Assembly (NCBI GenBank): GCA_965200865.1
Contig: CBDAVG010000002.1
Location: 1,903,337 to 1,967,336, forward strand
Direction: 5' to 3'
DNA: 64,000 nucleotides
From: an uncultured candidatus Porisulfidus sp.
Lineage (GTDB): Bacteria > Pseudomonadota > Gammaproteobacteria > Poriferisulfidales > Oxydemutatoraceae
Within the stretch, counting starts at the first letter, position 1. Each line of letters begins with the position of its first letter. Below are positions 19,174 to 29,812 of this stretch, in pieces. Both the position numbers and the translations under genes were made by a program. A model generated the notes under the pieces. The model saw nothing but the letters and a program-made list of their open reading frames with translations, searched no databases and was not told where the DNA came from.

Positions 19174-21561
19174 CTATACCCTCTTTTCTACCACTAAGAT
19201 ATTTCTACCATCGGCGTGGATATACGAACTATAATCGGTCAGTTGTTGACCAATGTGGATGCCTAATCCCCCCAAACGTCGTTCGCGCCAATCCTCGTGT
19301 ATATCAAGCGAGGAGGGTTGCAACGGATCAAAAGACTTTCCTTTATACTCTAATACCAAAAACAAAGTACTTCCTTTTTTCGCGAGTTGCGCCTTAATCA
19401 ATTCGGTGTCCTCGCTCGCTTCATTATGGCGGATGATGTTTGATATAAACTCGTCTGCAGCGACGCACAGATCAGTAGCTACCTCTTTTTCAACATCATG
19501 ATCGTTGCAGAAAGTGTTAATCAAATCAATGATTTTAGCAATTTCTTTTATGTCGTAACGAACACTTACTTGATGCTTAAATTGCAGATCACGTAATTCG
19601 GAAATATGCCCTTTAAGGTCGTCGGCTGACGAGCCGACACCGACACTCGGTAAGTTGTCACTGGTTTTTTGTCTCACCATACATAATAAAGTCATATCGT
19701 CAAACTGTACAGAGCCTCGTATGAACCGAGCGACATGCTTGATGATATTTTGTACACAACGTCTTGCCGGTTGGGTGGCAGTAATTTCGTCGTGCCCAGC
19801 GATACATTCAATTAATCTCTGCTCCCCAAATTCTTGCTCTTTTATATCGTGTGCTTCGGTAATACCGTCGGTATAAAGCAACAGCATATCACCGTAATCT
19901 AGCCATTGCGTGCAAACCTCATAGTGAGGATTCTCAGAAACCGCTAATGCAATACCGTGTTTTTGATCCAAGAACTCTACAGAACCGGACTTTCTCACTA
20001 TCAATGGCGGGTTATGCCCGGCATTTGCATAGTTTAATTCTCCACTGGCTGTGTTGAATATCGCATAAAACAAAGTCACAAAAGCGGATTGTTCGGAATC
20101 CTCCTGCATTAAAAAGTGGTTGATTTTGCGAAGGCACGCATCGGGTTGCGGCGTGTTAGCACTTTGTGCTTTGAACAAGCTAAGACACACTGCCATCATA
20201 ATCGCCGCCGGCATGCCCTTGCCTGATACATCTCCGATAAGCAAAGCCATGCGATATTTATCTATTTGGAAAAAATAGTAAAAATCCCCCCCAACTTCTT
20301 TGGCCGGCAAAGTGCATCCGTATATGTCTAAATCGCTGATGCCATCACCGGCCTTGTGATGCGGCAACAGCGACATCTGCACATCGTGAGAAATATTGAT
20401 CTCGCTATTGATTCTCTCGTTTTTTGCAGTAACTCGTTTGAGGTCAGAAAAATAACTTTGCAAACGCGTAACCGTTTGATTGAGGTTAGTCGATAGGCTA
20501 CTGAGCTCCTTACAAGAATCGGTTACTGGAAATTTAATGTTCAGATTGCCCGCCGCCAAAACTTCCACCCTTTGGGTCAGAGCAGAAATTGGTCTTGATA
20601 TAGACTTGGAAATCAGTAATATCAACAACACCAAACCTAAAAAGGCTATCAACACGGTTGCCGACTCTATAAGTTTTGCACGATAGATATACGAAAACAC
20701 TTTCTCTTTAGGCAACAGCACTATAAGTTGTACATTGGGACTAAAGCTCGCTGGCAATTGTGCAATGAATGTTTTGCCGGTGCCGTCTATGGGGTCGTCT
20801 ATTTGAGTAGTGTCTTCCGAAAGTCTAAGCATCGGCACTACATCATTGACATTGTCGGTCATATCTGGCAAGTTAAAATGCAGTTGTTCAAATTCATTGT
20901 TTGCTGAAGTATCCAATATCAGCATCTTCTTTTCACCGTTGTCTAAATGCACCAAAAACAATATCGTTGCATCCTCAGATATTTGTATATTGAAAAGTCT
21001 ATTGACTAGCCTGGACAACAAAACATCAATGACTACAATACCGTCGCTATGGTTGGATGCCTCCCTGAAAGGGACGACATAGCTGGTTTTCCAGTTGCCG
21101 TCTTCCAATACCAGCCGACTCCATACATCGCGCCGTTGAGCAATTTCGTAATAATGTCGGTAGCGCGATTCATCGGCACTGTTAAAGTCTCGCTGGCGGA
21201 TCTTTGATCGATTGTTGCCTTGTATATAACCCTCTATCACCAAAGGTTTATCAACTATAAAAACATCATATTTTTCATCGGCATCCAACAAATTGTCGAG
21301 TAATGGCCGGACGCGTGCTTTGTTCATATCAATATCTTGTTTGAGGTAAGCGGCAACAACTTTTGCCAATTCTTCAACTTCCTTTACCTGCACGTTGAGT
21401 TTGTTATCGACTTCAAGAGCCATGCTGTTGACATAAGAATCAGTCAACTCTCTAATTTGATAGTCAACATAAAAAAAGTTCGCAACCAATAATACAATCA
21501 CGAATAAAATTACTGGAAAGCCCAAACCCCATAGTATTTTTATGTGTAGCGTCTTCATCAA
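19174..21561 (-). CDS. Membrane sensor: Cache-like, HAMP, SpoIIE/PP2C phosphatase and RsbW-like HATPase domains
   Basis: Two TM segments; PAKEVGGDFY, IGDVSGKG, NAGHNPP, YTDGITEA, QFDDMT; C-terminal DEFISNIIRH...RRLGGLGI. Confidence 0.9.
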   Translation of the reverse strand: MMKTLHIKILWGLGFPVILFVIVLLVANFFYVDYQIRELTDSYVNSMALEVDNKLNVQVKEVEELAKVVAAYLKQDIDMNKARVRPLLDNLLDADEKYDVFIVDKPLVIEGYIQGNNRSKIRQRDFNSADESRYRHYYEIAQRRDVWSRLVLEDGNWKTSYVVPFREASNHSDGIVVIDVLLSRLVNRLFNIQISEDATILFLVHLDNGEKKMLILDTSANNEFEQLHFNLPDMTDNVNDVVPMLRLSEDTTQIDDPIDGTGKTFIAQLPASFSPNVQLIVLLPKEKVFSYIYRAKLIESATVLIAFLGLVLLILLISKSISRPISALTQRVEVLAAGNLNIKFPVTDSCKELSSLSTNLNQTVTRLQSYFSDLKRVTAKNERINSEINISHDVQMSLLPHHKAGDGISDLDIYGCTLPAKEVGGDFYYFFQIDKYRMALLIGDVSGKGMPAAIMMAVCLSLFKAQSANTPQPDACLRKINHFLMQEDSEQSAFVTLFYAIFNTASGELNYANAGHNPPLIVRKSGSVEFLDQKHGIALAVSENPHYEVCTQWLDYGDMLLLYTDGITEAHDIKEQEFGEQRLIECIAGHDEITATQPARRCVQNIIKHVARFIRGSVQFDDMTLLCMVRQKTSDNLPSVGVGSSADDLKGHISELRDLQFKHQVSVRYDIKEIAKIIDLINTFCNDHDVEKEVATDLCVAADEFISNIIRHNEASEDTELIKAQLAKKGSTLFLVLEYKGKSFDPLQPSSLDIHEDWRERRLGGLGIHIGQQLTDYSSYIHADGRNILVVEKRV

Positions 21562-21603
21562 ACTAAAAATTGCAGCTACTTCTAAAAACCATGCGGATAA
21601 CCG

Positions 21604-22047
21604 TTACGGCGTAATAATCATCGTATTTGTAGTGGGGTGGTCGGTAGGCTCGGCAACTACAAAGTGCCGATACTCTTCTAAAGCATTGACGAACCTCTCA
21701 AGTAGGTCTGAGAAATCGTATAGATTCATCACATCCATATCAAATCTTTCAAACAAAATTAAATTGTTATCGGCGTCCAAACCCAAACCACATGTCTGGG
21801 ACTTAATTCTTGCCAATGAATGGTTCATCAAATTTTTCAGTACCGTCGGCATCGTATTCTTTTGTGCCGATAGGGTCATCAACTTTGAGTAAAAATAGCC
21901 CTTGCCTAATTTCTCAAAACACGCGATTTCCATATCGTCAATGATTAAATGATAGATACTTTTTTCATTCGGAGTCGGTTCGTCCAAATGGTGCTGATCG
22001 GCAAATTCTTTCAACAACAAATTAAGTTTAATCATCGTATTAACCAA
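21604..22047 (-). CDS. T3SS class I chaperone (CesT/YscB-like)
   Basis: 147-aa protein, YHLIIDD, LERFVNALEEYR C-terminal helix; inside the T3SS operon. Confidence 0.75.
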   Translation of the reverse strand: MVNTMIKLNLLLKEFADQHHLDEPTPNEKSIYHLIIDDMEIACFEKLGKGYFYSKLMTLSAQKNTMPTVLKNLMNHSLARIKSQTCGLGLDADNNLILFERFDMDVMNLYDFSDLLERFVNALEEYRHFVVAEPTDHPTTNTMIITP

Positions 22048-22066
22048 GCGATTCCAAAATCAGCAA

Positions 22067-22702
22067 TCATTCAGAGAGTGCTACTTGAGAGGCAAAATTA
22101 TTTGACAACGCGGTGCGCAAGGCTCGCAGTTGCAGATCTACACTGGTGTCAACCGACCCCATTTCGGTTTCTACCTTACATGCAGTCTCAGGAATGTGGC
22201 TGTCGGCAACCACATCTATAAAACCGATGTTGGCATAATTTGCGGTAATTTCTCTGAGTTTTGTTCGCACTGCATCAGCATGTTCGGGATAAACCCGCAA
22301 GGTAATCTTGCTCTCGTTGCGGACTTTATCGAGGGCTTGCCTCACTATGCCTTGGGTCAGTTCTACATCATCAAAACTATCCAAAATTTTCTTGGTTGAC
22401 GACATTACGATATCAACCAATTTGTTTTCCACTTCAGAAAAATAATGTACTGACTCTATCATCGCACCAATCATTTTTTCCGATTGCTTAGCCTTTCCTT
22501 CTTCGGAGCCGTCTTCATAACCCCGTGCTTTTTCGCTCTCGTAGGCAGCTTTGGCATCGGCAACTATTTTCTGCGCCTCCTTCTCAGCCTGTTTCACCAA
22601 ATCTGCGGCTTGCAAAACCATTGCATAGTCTTCGGCTTTCAACACACGGCTGTGAGACTGTATCTTGATGTTTTTATTTTTAACTAAGGTGAACCCACTC
22701 AT
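22067..22702 (-). CDS. sctL: T3SS stator (YscL)
   Basis: RVLKAEDY, YESEKARGYEDG, VETEMGSVDTS. Confidence 0.9.
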   Translation of the reverse strand: MSGFTLVKNKNIKIQSHSRVLKAEDYAMVLQAADLVKQAEKEAQKIVADAKAAYESEKARGYEDGSEEGKAKQSEKMIGAMIESVHYFSEVENKLVDIVMSSTKKILDSFDDVELTQGIVRQALDKVRNESKITLRVYPEHADAVRTKLREITANYANIGFIDVVADSHIPETACKVETEMGSVDTSVDLQLRALRTALSNNFASQVALSE

Positions 22703-23349
22703 TGCGTATTTATCTCCTTCAATAGACGCGGCAAATAGGTCCTAATTACCTGATAATCGTCTTCGTTCCCACGAGAAATCTCGCTCCATGATTTGGGGAG
22801 TTTGAATAATAAACGCTGAATGAATCCCTGTGGCATATTGTCAAGTAGACCAAGTAGACAACGCAAGCCGCTTTGATGTATATAATTATTGAAATCGGTG
22901 CCACCGCCGGTCTGCTCAACCGCAGGCAAAACTTTGTTTGAGGCACGCGGATAATCGATAGAAATTCTATTCTTCAATGCGTATAAATAGTCCGCTTCTC
23001 CCAGAGATTTTTTTATCGCTTGCTGTGCCTTTCTTTCAATTACATTTGCTATTGTGTCTGATTCCATGACCAAACCGATTTTGTAAAGTAAAGCCTTTAA
23101 GTCTACACTGCTCAACAAAGCTGCTTTTTGTTCATGGCTCCCAAAATCAAAATAATTTTCTCGCTCCATTTGATAGCTCTCCAAAATAAAATCGGATAAC
23201 TGGCGATGGGCAGCTTTAACATTTTTGATACGAGCAATCAAGGGGGTAGCCAACCAGTTTGATTCCCACCAACTATCATCCATTTCCAATGACGGGAAAA
23301 AATTGAAATCAATCACCCGACGCAAGGTGTCGTCCGACATTGTGGTCAT
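22699..23349 (-). CDS. sctK: T3SS sorting-platform protein (YscK-like)
   Basis: Between sctJ and sctL; FNFFP start and RLLFKLP end. Confidence 0.75.
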   Translation of the reverse strand: MTTMSDDTLRRVIDFNFFPSLEMDDSWWESNWLATPLIARIKNVKAAHRQLSDFILESYQMERENYFDFGSHEQKAALLSSVDLKALLYKIGLVMESDTIANVIERKAQQAIKKSLGEADYLYALKNRISIDYPRASNKVLPAVEQTGGGTDFNNYIHQSGLRCLLGLLDNMPQGFIQRLLFKLPKSWSEISRGNEDDYQVIRTYLPRLLKEINTQ

Positions 23350-24218
23350 GTGGTACTCTCTTGCTTGTCGGCGATTGGGTCGGACTCTTTGATGCCCTCC
23401 TCTGGCATACCTACTTTGTTCCTTCGCCCCATATATAAATAGATGTTGCCGGAAAAAACCGCAAAAATTAAGGTGATTAGTACGGTCAGTAAAACATACA
23501 AATGCCCGATTGAATCAGGGCTTACCTTTAAGCCTAAAACCGAACGATACTCAACTGGATAAAAATCGGAACGAGCTTCATTCTCCGCTGGGAACAGAGA
23601 AACACTTACTTGAGCATAAGAAAGTCCCTCTATGGCATTTGCAACGATAGATTTTATCTGCGGTATATACGAATCTAAGTCGTAATCTGAGTTATATTTG
23701 ATAAAAACCGATGCCGAAGCCGGAAATTCAACTTTTTTATTGCCGATGCCAGATGACGGTTCGGCAGGTAACACAATATGAACGCGAGCAACCAACACGC
23801 CGTCTATCTTAGACAAAGTCTCGGAAACCTCTTGTGATAAACCATAGATATAACGGGTTCGTTCCTCAAAAGGTGTAGACACCAAACCATCATCGCTGAA
23901 AACATCGTTAATCGTTGAAAATCTAGTTTTGGGGTAGCCGTTTCTGCTAAGTATTTCAACAGCTCGCGCCGTTTGATCTTCCTCTATGAATAGACTAACC
24001 ATGTTATCCTTACCCGGCTGTTTTTCGCTTTGTATGCCGTGCTTGAGCAACAGTGCCAACATTTCGTTGCCCTCTTGTTCTTGCAAGCCAGTATAAAGTT
24101 CTACTTTACAACCACTGAGCAGCAACAATAATAATGCGGCGAGTGTCAGTCTGATTATGGCGTTTTGCCATATCAACCGATGCCTAGGTTTATGTTCCTT
24201 ATGTGTTTCGGTATACAT
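23346..24218 (-). CDS. sctJ: T3SS inner-membrane ring lipoprotein (YscJ)
   Basis: LSGC lipobox, ELYTGLQEQEGNEM, IDGVLVARVH, ASASVFIKY. Confidence 0.95.
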   Translation of the reverse strand: MYTETHKEHKPRHRLIWQNAIIRLTLAALLLLLLSGCKVELYTGLQEQEGNEMLALLLKHGIQSEKQPGKDNMVSLFIEEDQTARAVEILSRNGYPKTRFSTINDVFSDDGLVSTPFEERTRYIYGLSQEVSETLSKIDGVLVARVHIVLPAEPSSGIGNKKVEFPASASVFIKYNSDYDLDSYIPQIKSIVANAIEGLSYAQVSVSLFPAENEARSDFYPVEYRSVLGLKVSPDSIGHLYVLLTVLITLIFAVFSGNIYLYMGRRNKVGMPEEGIKESDPIADKQESTT

Positions 24219-24410
24219 TGTCCCTCTATGACCATCGGGCTTTTAACCCGATGCTTTGTTTATGCTCGCTGTATGTTCAATATACATTGCGCCCCTCCTT
24301 CGCTTTCGTATAAAAGTCAAATGGCTTTAATAACCCTTCATAGTTCCCATAGCGGCAGTACTATCTAATAACATGCTGCTGTAGAGAAGTGTTGCCAAAT
24401 GTTATAGCAC

Positions 24411-24809
24411 TTACTTTCCTCTGAGTTCTTCTAACAGGGTGTTGGCTAAATCCATTGCATCAGGGTCGCCACCGTCGCTCGCCTCCATCATTTCCTTGAG
24501 TACTTGTTCGCTTTCCGAGCGCCGTTTTGCAAGATATAAACACAAGCCCAAGAAAGACCGGCAAACCAGCGCACCTGAACTACCCGATACATTATGTTTT
24601 TTAAGAAAAGCGACTGCGCCCTCAGGGTCGTTGTCACAATTCAAGTAGACCATCGTCTTGCCGATAAGGCCTACCGGGCTCTCAGGACGAGCAACGCAAA
24701 CCGCATTAAAAATAGCTAAAGTATGTTCTTTCAGGGCTGGCCATCTACACGCAATAAAACCTAATTGCGTGGCATCAACCAGTGCCTCCCTATCAAACTT
24801 AAAATTCAT
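24411..24809 (-). CDS. TPR-like needle chaperone (YscG/SsaH/HrpB1-like)
   Basis: Helical 132-aa protein immediately after the needle gene; call rests mostly on position. Confidence 0.6.
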   Translation of the reverse strand: MNFKFDREALVDATQLGFIACRWPALKEHTLAIFNAVCVARPESPVGLIGKTMVYLNCDNDPEGAVAFLKKHNVSGSSGALVCRSFLGLCLYLAKRRSESEQVLKEMMEASDGGDPDAMDLANTLLEELRGK

Positions 24810-24827
24810 GATCTTATTAACCCTGCG

Positions 24828-25049
24828 CTACATGCGCTGGGTTATGTTATCAATCATCTTTTTTACCGAAGATACTAACGCAGCCACCGTTTCCTCCTCC
24901 ATAGAATACTTGCTGTATTCCATCTGTAATTGCATTACGTCTTGTACATTTGAAGGATCCATGTTCTTAGACATGTCAGCGATTTTGCTTTCTTCCTTAT
25001 TTACTTGAGAGGTGATTCCCCCTATTGCACTATCTATATTAATACCCAT
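24828..25049 (-). CDS. sctF: T3SS needle subunit
   Basis: 73 aa, DPSN turn, LQMEYSKYS....A.LV..VKKMIDNITQRM; strong AAGGAGG RBS. Confidence 0.85.
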   Translation of the reverse strand: MGINIDSAIGGITSQVNKEESKIADMSKNMDPSNVQDVMQLQMEYSKYSMEEETVAALVSSVKKMIDNITQRM

Positions 25050-25191
25050 TTTATACCTCCTTAGTTATATAGTTAGTCTGAATAATTAAACTAACACAAA
25101 CCAGCGAATAAAACAACCGAAATCGTAAAATTTGGTTGACGCATTTTCTAAAATTTAGTGCAAGATGGCTAGCCTATGATAAAATGCCATT

Positions 25192-25425
25192 ATGCGCACA
25201 ATAGATGTACTTCAAGTATTAAGAAAGATCCTAGAAGTATCGGAGCAAGAAGCGCAAGCTGCGGCAGACACAATTGCTAATGCTGACGATGTAGTTACTA
25301 AAGCAGACTTTAAAACCGCTATTGCCGAGCTAGAAACTCGAATACAAAAACAACTTACGGCACACACTGCGATTACTATTGGTGCCCTAGGACTGTTGAT
25401 GGTTCTTCTCAAATTTTTTGAGTAA
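25192..25425 (+). CDS. Small coiled-coil protein with C-terminal TM segment (DUF1640/CCDC90-like)
   Basis: SEQEAQAAA...VVTKADF...LETRI then a hydrophobic tail; similar to 56573-56803. Confidence 0.7.
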   Translation: MRTIDVLQVLRKILEVSEQEAQAAADTIANADDVVTKADFKTAIAELETRIQKQLTAHTAITIGALGLLMVLLKFFE

Positions 25426-25531
25426 CCTTCAAGCAGAGACCATCGCTAACTTTTTAGATGGCCCTAAAAATGGGGTAACGTAAAAATTGTTCCATAATGT
25501 GGATAATTTTTGCAACTAACTAACCATTGCT

Positions 25532-26617
25532 ATGACTTGTCCGATATACATTATCCACCTGAAGCGGAATCCGGAGAGGAAACTTTATATGCAAAGGCAG
25601 CTAGATGCCTTCGGCTTGGATTACCGTTTTGTAGAGGTAGATATTTTTGATAAATACGAATTGGAATCCAAAGCTTACCGCATCCGTGTTGCCCGAATGT
25701 TGGATATTGACGCGCAGGCTTTGGAAAGTAAATATGCGGCGGTGTTCAATTATGCAACAAGACACTCTAGAGTTGATTATAGTGAATTAGCATCACTTGC
25801 TGTCGGTTTGAGCCATATAAAAGTCTACAACTTAATGATAGAAAATAATCATGAGATGGCTTGTATATTAGAAGATGATGCTAAATTATTACCGACTTTC
25901 CCTGAGGTTCTTAAAACCACACTTGATTTAGAGTGGGATATATTACAGTTTTGTCACCAGCCTGATTTGTCTTTTTTTTATCCATTTTTGATCCGTTATT
26001 TTCGTGAGGGGCGTTTCCTCAAATTTCCTAATTTTCGGTTGCTTTCCCCTAATAATACAATAGATAAACAGATGATAAGAGAATATGGTTTTGATGACCC
26101 CAAATATTCAAAGCCGGCGGCATATATAAAAAAAACCATGCAACTATATCGTAATAGGTACAAAAGCATAATTAAACCACCTCTACTTCCGATAATTCGA
26201 ACACTTCCTGGGGCAATTAGGAAATTCCTAATTCCTAAAAGTGATTTACCATTTATAAACAACCTCTGGGGTAATAGACTATTATTAGAAATAAATACTA
26301 TAATAGAACTGGGTGTGCCTCCTAGAGAATCCAAGCCAAGCCTGATAACCAAAGATCACTGCATTGCTGAGCCTAGAAGTGGAGTTCTATCGACAACGGC
26401 TTATTTAGTAAAACGATCGGCTACAGCTAAATGGAAACAAGAATTACTCTCTGAGAATCTTTTAGCCGTAGATCAGATTCCTTGGGAGTTATACAAGAAA
26501 GGGCAGGTGAAACTACGCATCATTAGCCCGCCTTGTACAACGGCTACTTGTAATTACCTAAAATATACGACACGTCGTCCAAACAGTCACTTTAGTATGG
26601 CTAACATAAATTTTTAG
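25532..26617 (+). CDS. Glycosyltransferase family 25, paralog A1
   Basis: IYIIHLKRNPERK, LSHIKVY, ILEDDA, WDIL, STTAYLV. Confidence 0.88.
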   Translation: MTCPIYIIHLKRNPERKLYMQRQLDAFGLDYRFVEVDIFDKYELESKAYRIRVARMLDIDAQALESKYAAVFNYATRHSRVDYSELASLAVGLSHIKVYNLMIENNHEMACILEDDAKLLPTFPEVLKTTLDLEWDILQFCHQPDLSFFYPFLIRYFREGRFLKFPNFRLLSPNNTIDKQMIREYGFDDPKYSKPAAYIKKTMQLYRNRYKSIIKPPLLPIIRTLPGAIRKFLIPKSDLPFINNLWGNRLLLEINTIIELGVPPRESKPSLITKDHCIAEPRSGVLSTTAYLVKRSATAKWKQELLSENLLAVDQIPWELYKKGQVKLRIISPPCTTATCNYLKYTTRRPNSHFSMANINF

Positions 26618-26631
26618 GTTGCAACCTATAG

Positions 26632-26897
26632 TCAACTGTTGAAAAGTACCGTCATCACTCAAACGTAAACGCTCGCGCGATTGAATTTATGATAACCACC
26701 CGAACACGCTGTTCTCGCGCCAACAATCGATTCATCCATTTCGTTTATGGTAACCATAATTCGGTGGCGCGTGGCGGTTAGATTCGTGCAAGTACTAAAC
26801 TTTAGGGCAAACATATCAAATTGCCGATTGACCTACTGGCTCAATCGGCGGCTTGATTCTGCCCCTACGGTGCATGAAATACTTTTTCAACAGCTCC
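26632..26897. mobile_element. MITE
   Basis: CTGTTGAAAAGTACC ... TACTTTTTCAACAGCTCC. Confidence 0.8.
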
Positions 26898-27007
26898 ACG
26901 TTACTACTTTGTGCTTACAGTACTGTCATGGCATCGCACAACAATTTGCACCGTGGCTCAGATTGTTACATAATGTGGATAATTTTTGCAATTAACTAAC
27001 CATTGCT

Positions 27008-28096
27008 ATGACTTGTCCGATATACATTATCCACCTGAAGCGGAATCCGGAGAGGAAGCTTTATATACAAAGACAGCTAGATGCCTTTGGTTTGGATTAC
27101 CGTTTTGTAGAGGTAGATGTTTTTGATAAATACGAATTGGAATCCAAAGCCTACCGCATCCGTGTTGCCCGAATGTTGGGTATTGACGAACAGGCTTTGG
27201 AAAATAAATATGCGACGGTGGTCAATGATGCCAAAAAGCATTATCCTAAAATGAAATATAGGGAATTAGCATCACTTGCTATTGGTTTGAGCCATATAAA
27301 AGTCTACAACTTGATGATAGAAAATAATCATGAGATGGCTTGTATATTAGAAGATGATGTTAAATTATTGCCAACCTTCCCTGAGGTTCTTAAAACCACA
27401 CTTGATCTAGAGTGGGATATATTACAGTTTTGTCATCAGCCTGATTGGTCTGTCTTTTATCCATTTTTGATCCGTTATTTTCGTAAGGTAGGTTTCCTCA
27501 CATTTCCTAATTTTCGGTTACTTTTTTCCAATGACAAGGTAGATAAACAGATAATAAGAGAATATGGTTTTGATAATCCTAGATATTCAAAGCCAACGGA
27601 ATATATAAAAAAAACCATGCAACTATATCGTAATAGGTACAAAAGCATAATTAAACCACCTCTACTTCCGATAATTCGAACACTTCCTGGGGCAATTAGG
27701 AAATTCCTAATTCCTAAAAGTGATTTACCATTTATAAACAACCTCTGGGGTAATAGACTATTATTAGAACAAAATACTATAATAGAACTAGGTGTGCCTC
27801 CTAGAGAATCCAAGCCAAGCCTGATAACCAAAGATCACTGCATTGCTGAGCCTAGAAGTGGGGTTTTATCGACAACGGCTTATTTAGTAAGACAATCGGC
27901 TACAGCTAAATGGAAACAAGAATTACTCTCTGAGAATCTTTTAGCTGTAGATCAAATTCCTTGGGAGTTATACCAGAAAGGACAAGTAAAACTACGCATC
28001 ATTAGCCCGCCTTGTGCGACGGCTACTTGTAATTACCTAAAATATACGATGCGTCGTCCAAACAGTCACTTTAGCAAAAGTAAAATAAATTTTTAG
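27008..28096 (+). CDS. Glycosyltransferase family 25, paralog A2
   Basis: Close paralog of A1 and A3 with the same motifs. Confidence 0.88.
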   Translation: MTCPIYIIHLKRNPERKLYIQRQLDAFGLDYRFVEVDVFDKYELESKAYRIRVARMLGIDEQALENKYATVVNDAKKHYPKMKYRELASLAIGLSHIKVYNLMIENNHEMACILEDDVKLLPTFPEVLKTTLDLEWDILQFCHQPDWSVFYPFLIRYFRKVGFLTFPNFRLLFSNDKVDKQIIREYGFDNPRYSKPTEYIKKTMQLYRNRYKSIIKPPLLPIIRTLPGAIRKFLIPKSDLPFINNLWGNRLLLEQNTIIELGVPPRESKPSLITKDHCIAEPRSGVLSTTAYLVRQSATAKWKQELLSENLLAVDQIPWELYQKGQVKLRIISPPCATATCNYLKYTMRRPNSHFSKSKINF

Positions 28097-28187
28097 GTTG
28101 CAACCTATGGACAGCTGTTGAAAAAGTATCATGAAAAGAAAAATAATGTCATAGCATAAACCCAACATTTCTAAAATCTCCTTAAGT

Positions 28188-29243
28188 ATGAGTGCCAATC
28201 CTTACCCTATCTATATAATAAGTCTTAAGCGAAATCCTGAGCGCAGATTATATGTACAAAGACAGCTTGACGCACTGCACTTAGACTATCAATTTGTAGA
28301 TGCCATAGATAAACATGATTTGGAATCTTCTGAATGTCAAGCTGAAATTTGCGAATTATTGGGTGCAGATAAAAACAACATCAAGAAAAAATACAGAGGT
28401 ATGTGCAATAGTAAAGAACTTGCGACTACATTAAGCCATATAAAAGCATATAAATTAATGGCGGAACATAATGAATCTGCCGCTTGCATATTGGAAGACG
28501 ATGCCCAAATATCACCTGATTTTCCAGCGATATTACGCGTAGCCAAAAAAAAATCTTGGGACATACTGATGCTATCCAGCCAATCTGTAGTTATTAGAGC
28601 CATCATCAGTAGAAATATAAATTTACGAAAAAGCATAATAGAATCTCCGCAAACAAATTGTTCTTTGTTCCCGAAATTGAGAAAAACTAGAAGAGGGAAG
28701 GAATTACTCCCTCCCACTCCTACATCTAGTTCTGAATTAGACTGGGCTCTTATCCCCAAATCACAGTGGCAACAGTTAATGTTTTTGAGCAGCGGCTCAG
28801 CCAATAAGCCTAAGAATACAAATAAGTCTAGGGAGTTTAGGAATAATATAACTGAACCTCATTGGAGTCTTGGGAGCGTTCCCATCCCTGATTGTCCAAT
28901 GCCTTCAGGATTACTAACCTCTTATATTGCTTGTAAAATAGGTGCTTTGCCTCTTAGGGTGAGTCAAAAAAATCTATATGGGGGCTACGACATAGCTATT
29001 CCTGCCGAAAGGCCGACATCAGGAATGGCTTATCTATTAACTGCGGAAATGACCAAAAAAGTTATAGAAAGTTTTACTAAAAAAGAGAGGGTTGTTATAG
29101 ATATTATTCCATGGCATTTGTATCAAAAATATGGCATTAAACTTAGGATACTTACACCTCCTTGTGTGACAGCCTCACTAATCTATCTGCTATATTCCAA
29201 CCCAAAATATAGACAACTAAAAGATCAGCTTAATACCAATTAA
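28188..29243 (+). CDS. Glycosyltransferase family 25, paralog B1
   Basis: IYIISLKRNPERR, FVDAID, LSHIKAY, ILEDDA, TSGMAYLL. Confidence 0.88.
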   Translation: MSANPYPIYIISLKRNPERRLYVQRQLDALHLDYQFVDAIDKHDLESSECQAEICELLGADKNNIKKKYRGMCNSKELATTLSHIKAYKLMAEHNESAACILEDDAQISPDFPAILRVAKKKSWDILMLSSQSVVIRAIISRNINLRKSIIESPQTNCSLFPKLRKTRRGKELLPPTPTSSSELDWALIPKSQWQQLMFLSSGSANKPKNTNKSREFRNNITEPHWSLGSVPIPDCPMPSGLLTSYIACKIGALPLRVSQKNLYGGYDIAIPAERPTSGMAYLLTAEMTKKVIESFTKKERVVIDIIPWHLYQKYGIKLRILTPPCVTASLIYLLYSNPKYRQLKDQLNTN

Positions 29244-29389
29244 AAAGGTCTTTCATATCTTGTCACCTCAAACGTGTTGCAGCTGGTCTGTTGCCTGGCA
29301 TAGCTTTAGATTAGAACATGTCGGTCTTGATCTTTCTCCAAAAAGTGGACAAAAAAAAGTTGGTGGTCAGCTTATATAATTAAGCGCAT

Positions 29390-29700
29390 TGTAAAAACTC
29401 AACTGCTTGCGCCATTGAATTTATGATAACCAACTGTAGGGGAGGGCTAACATGGGACTGTTGAAAAAGTATTTCATGTACCGTAGGGGCGGATTTATAT
29501 ATCCGCCCTAACGCAACGTACTTGCACGATTTATACATTCATTTCGTTTATGGAAACCAAAACCAAATGGCGCAAAGCGATTGGGTTTGTGCGAGACGGT
29601 ACCGTAGGGCGGATATATAAATCCGCCCCTACCGTTTTCATAAATTAGAGGGCGCAGGGCGGTTACGTTTGAGCGGTGACGGTACTTTTTCAACAGCCGC
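29390..29700. mobile_element. MITE/REP-like composite
   Basis: GGGCTAACAT-GGGACTGTTGAAAAAGTA junction; two oppositely oriented GGGCGGAT...ATCCGCCC hairpins; TACTTTTTCAACAGCC end. Confidence 0.8.
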
Positions 29701-29812
29701 CCACATTACTACTTTGTGCTTACAGTACTGTCATGGCATCGTACAACAATTTGCACCGTGGCTCAGATTGTTACATAATGTGGATAATTTTTGCAACTGA
29801 TTAACCACCGCT

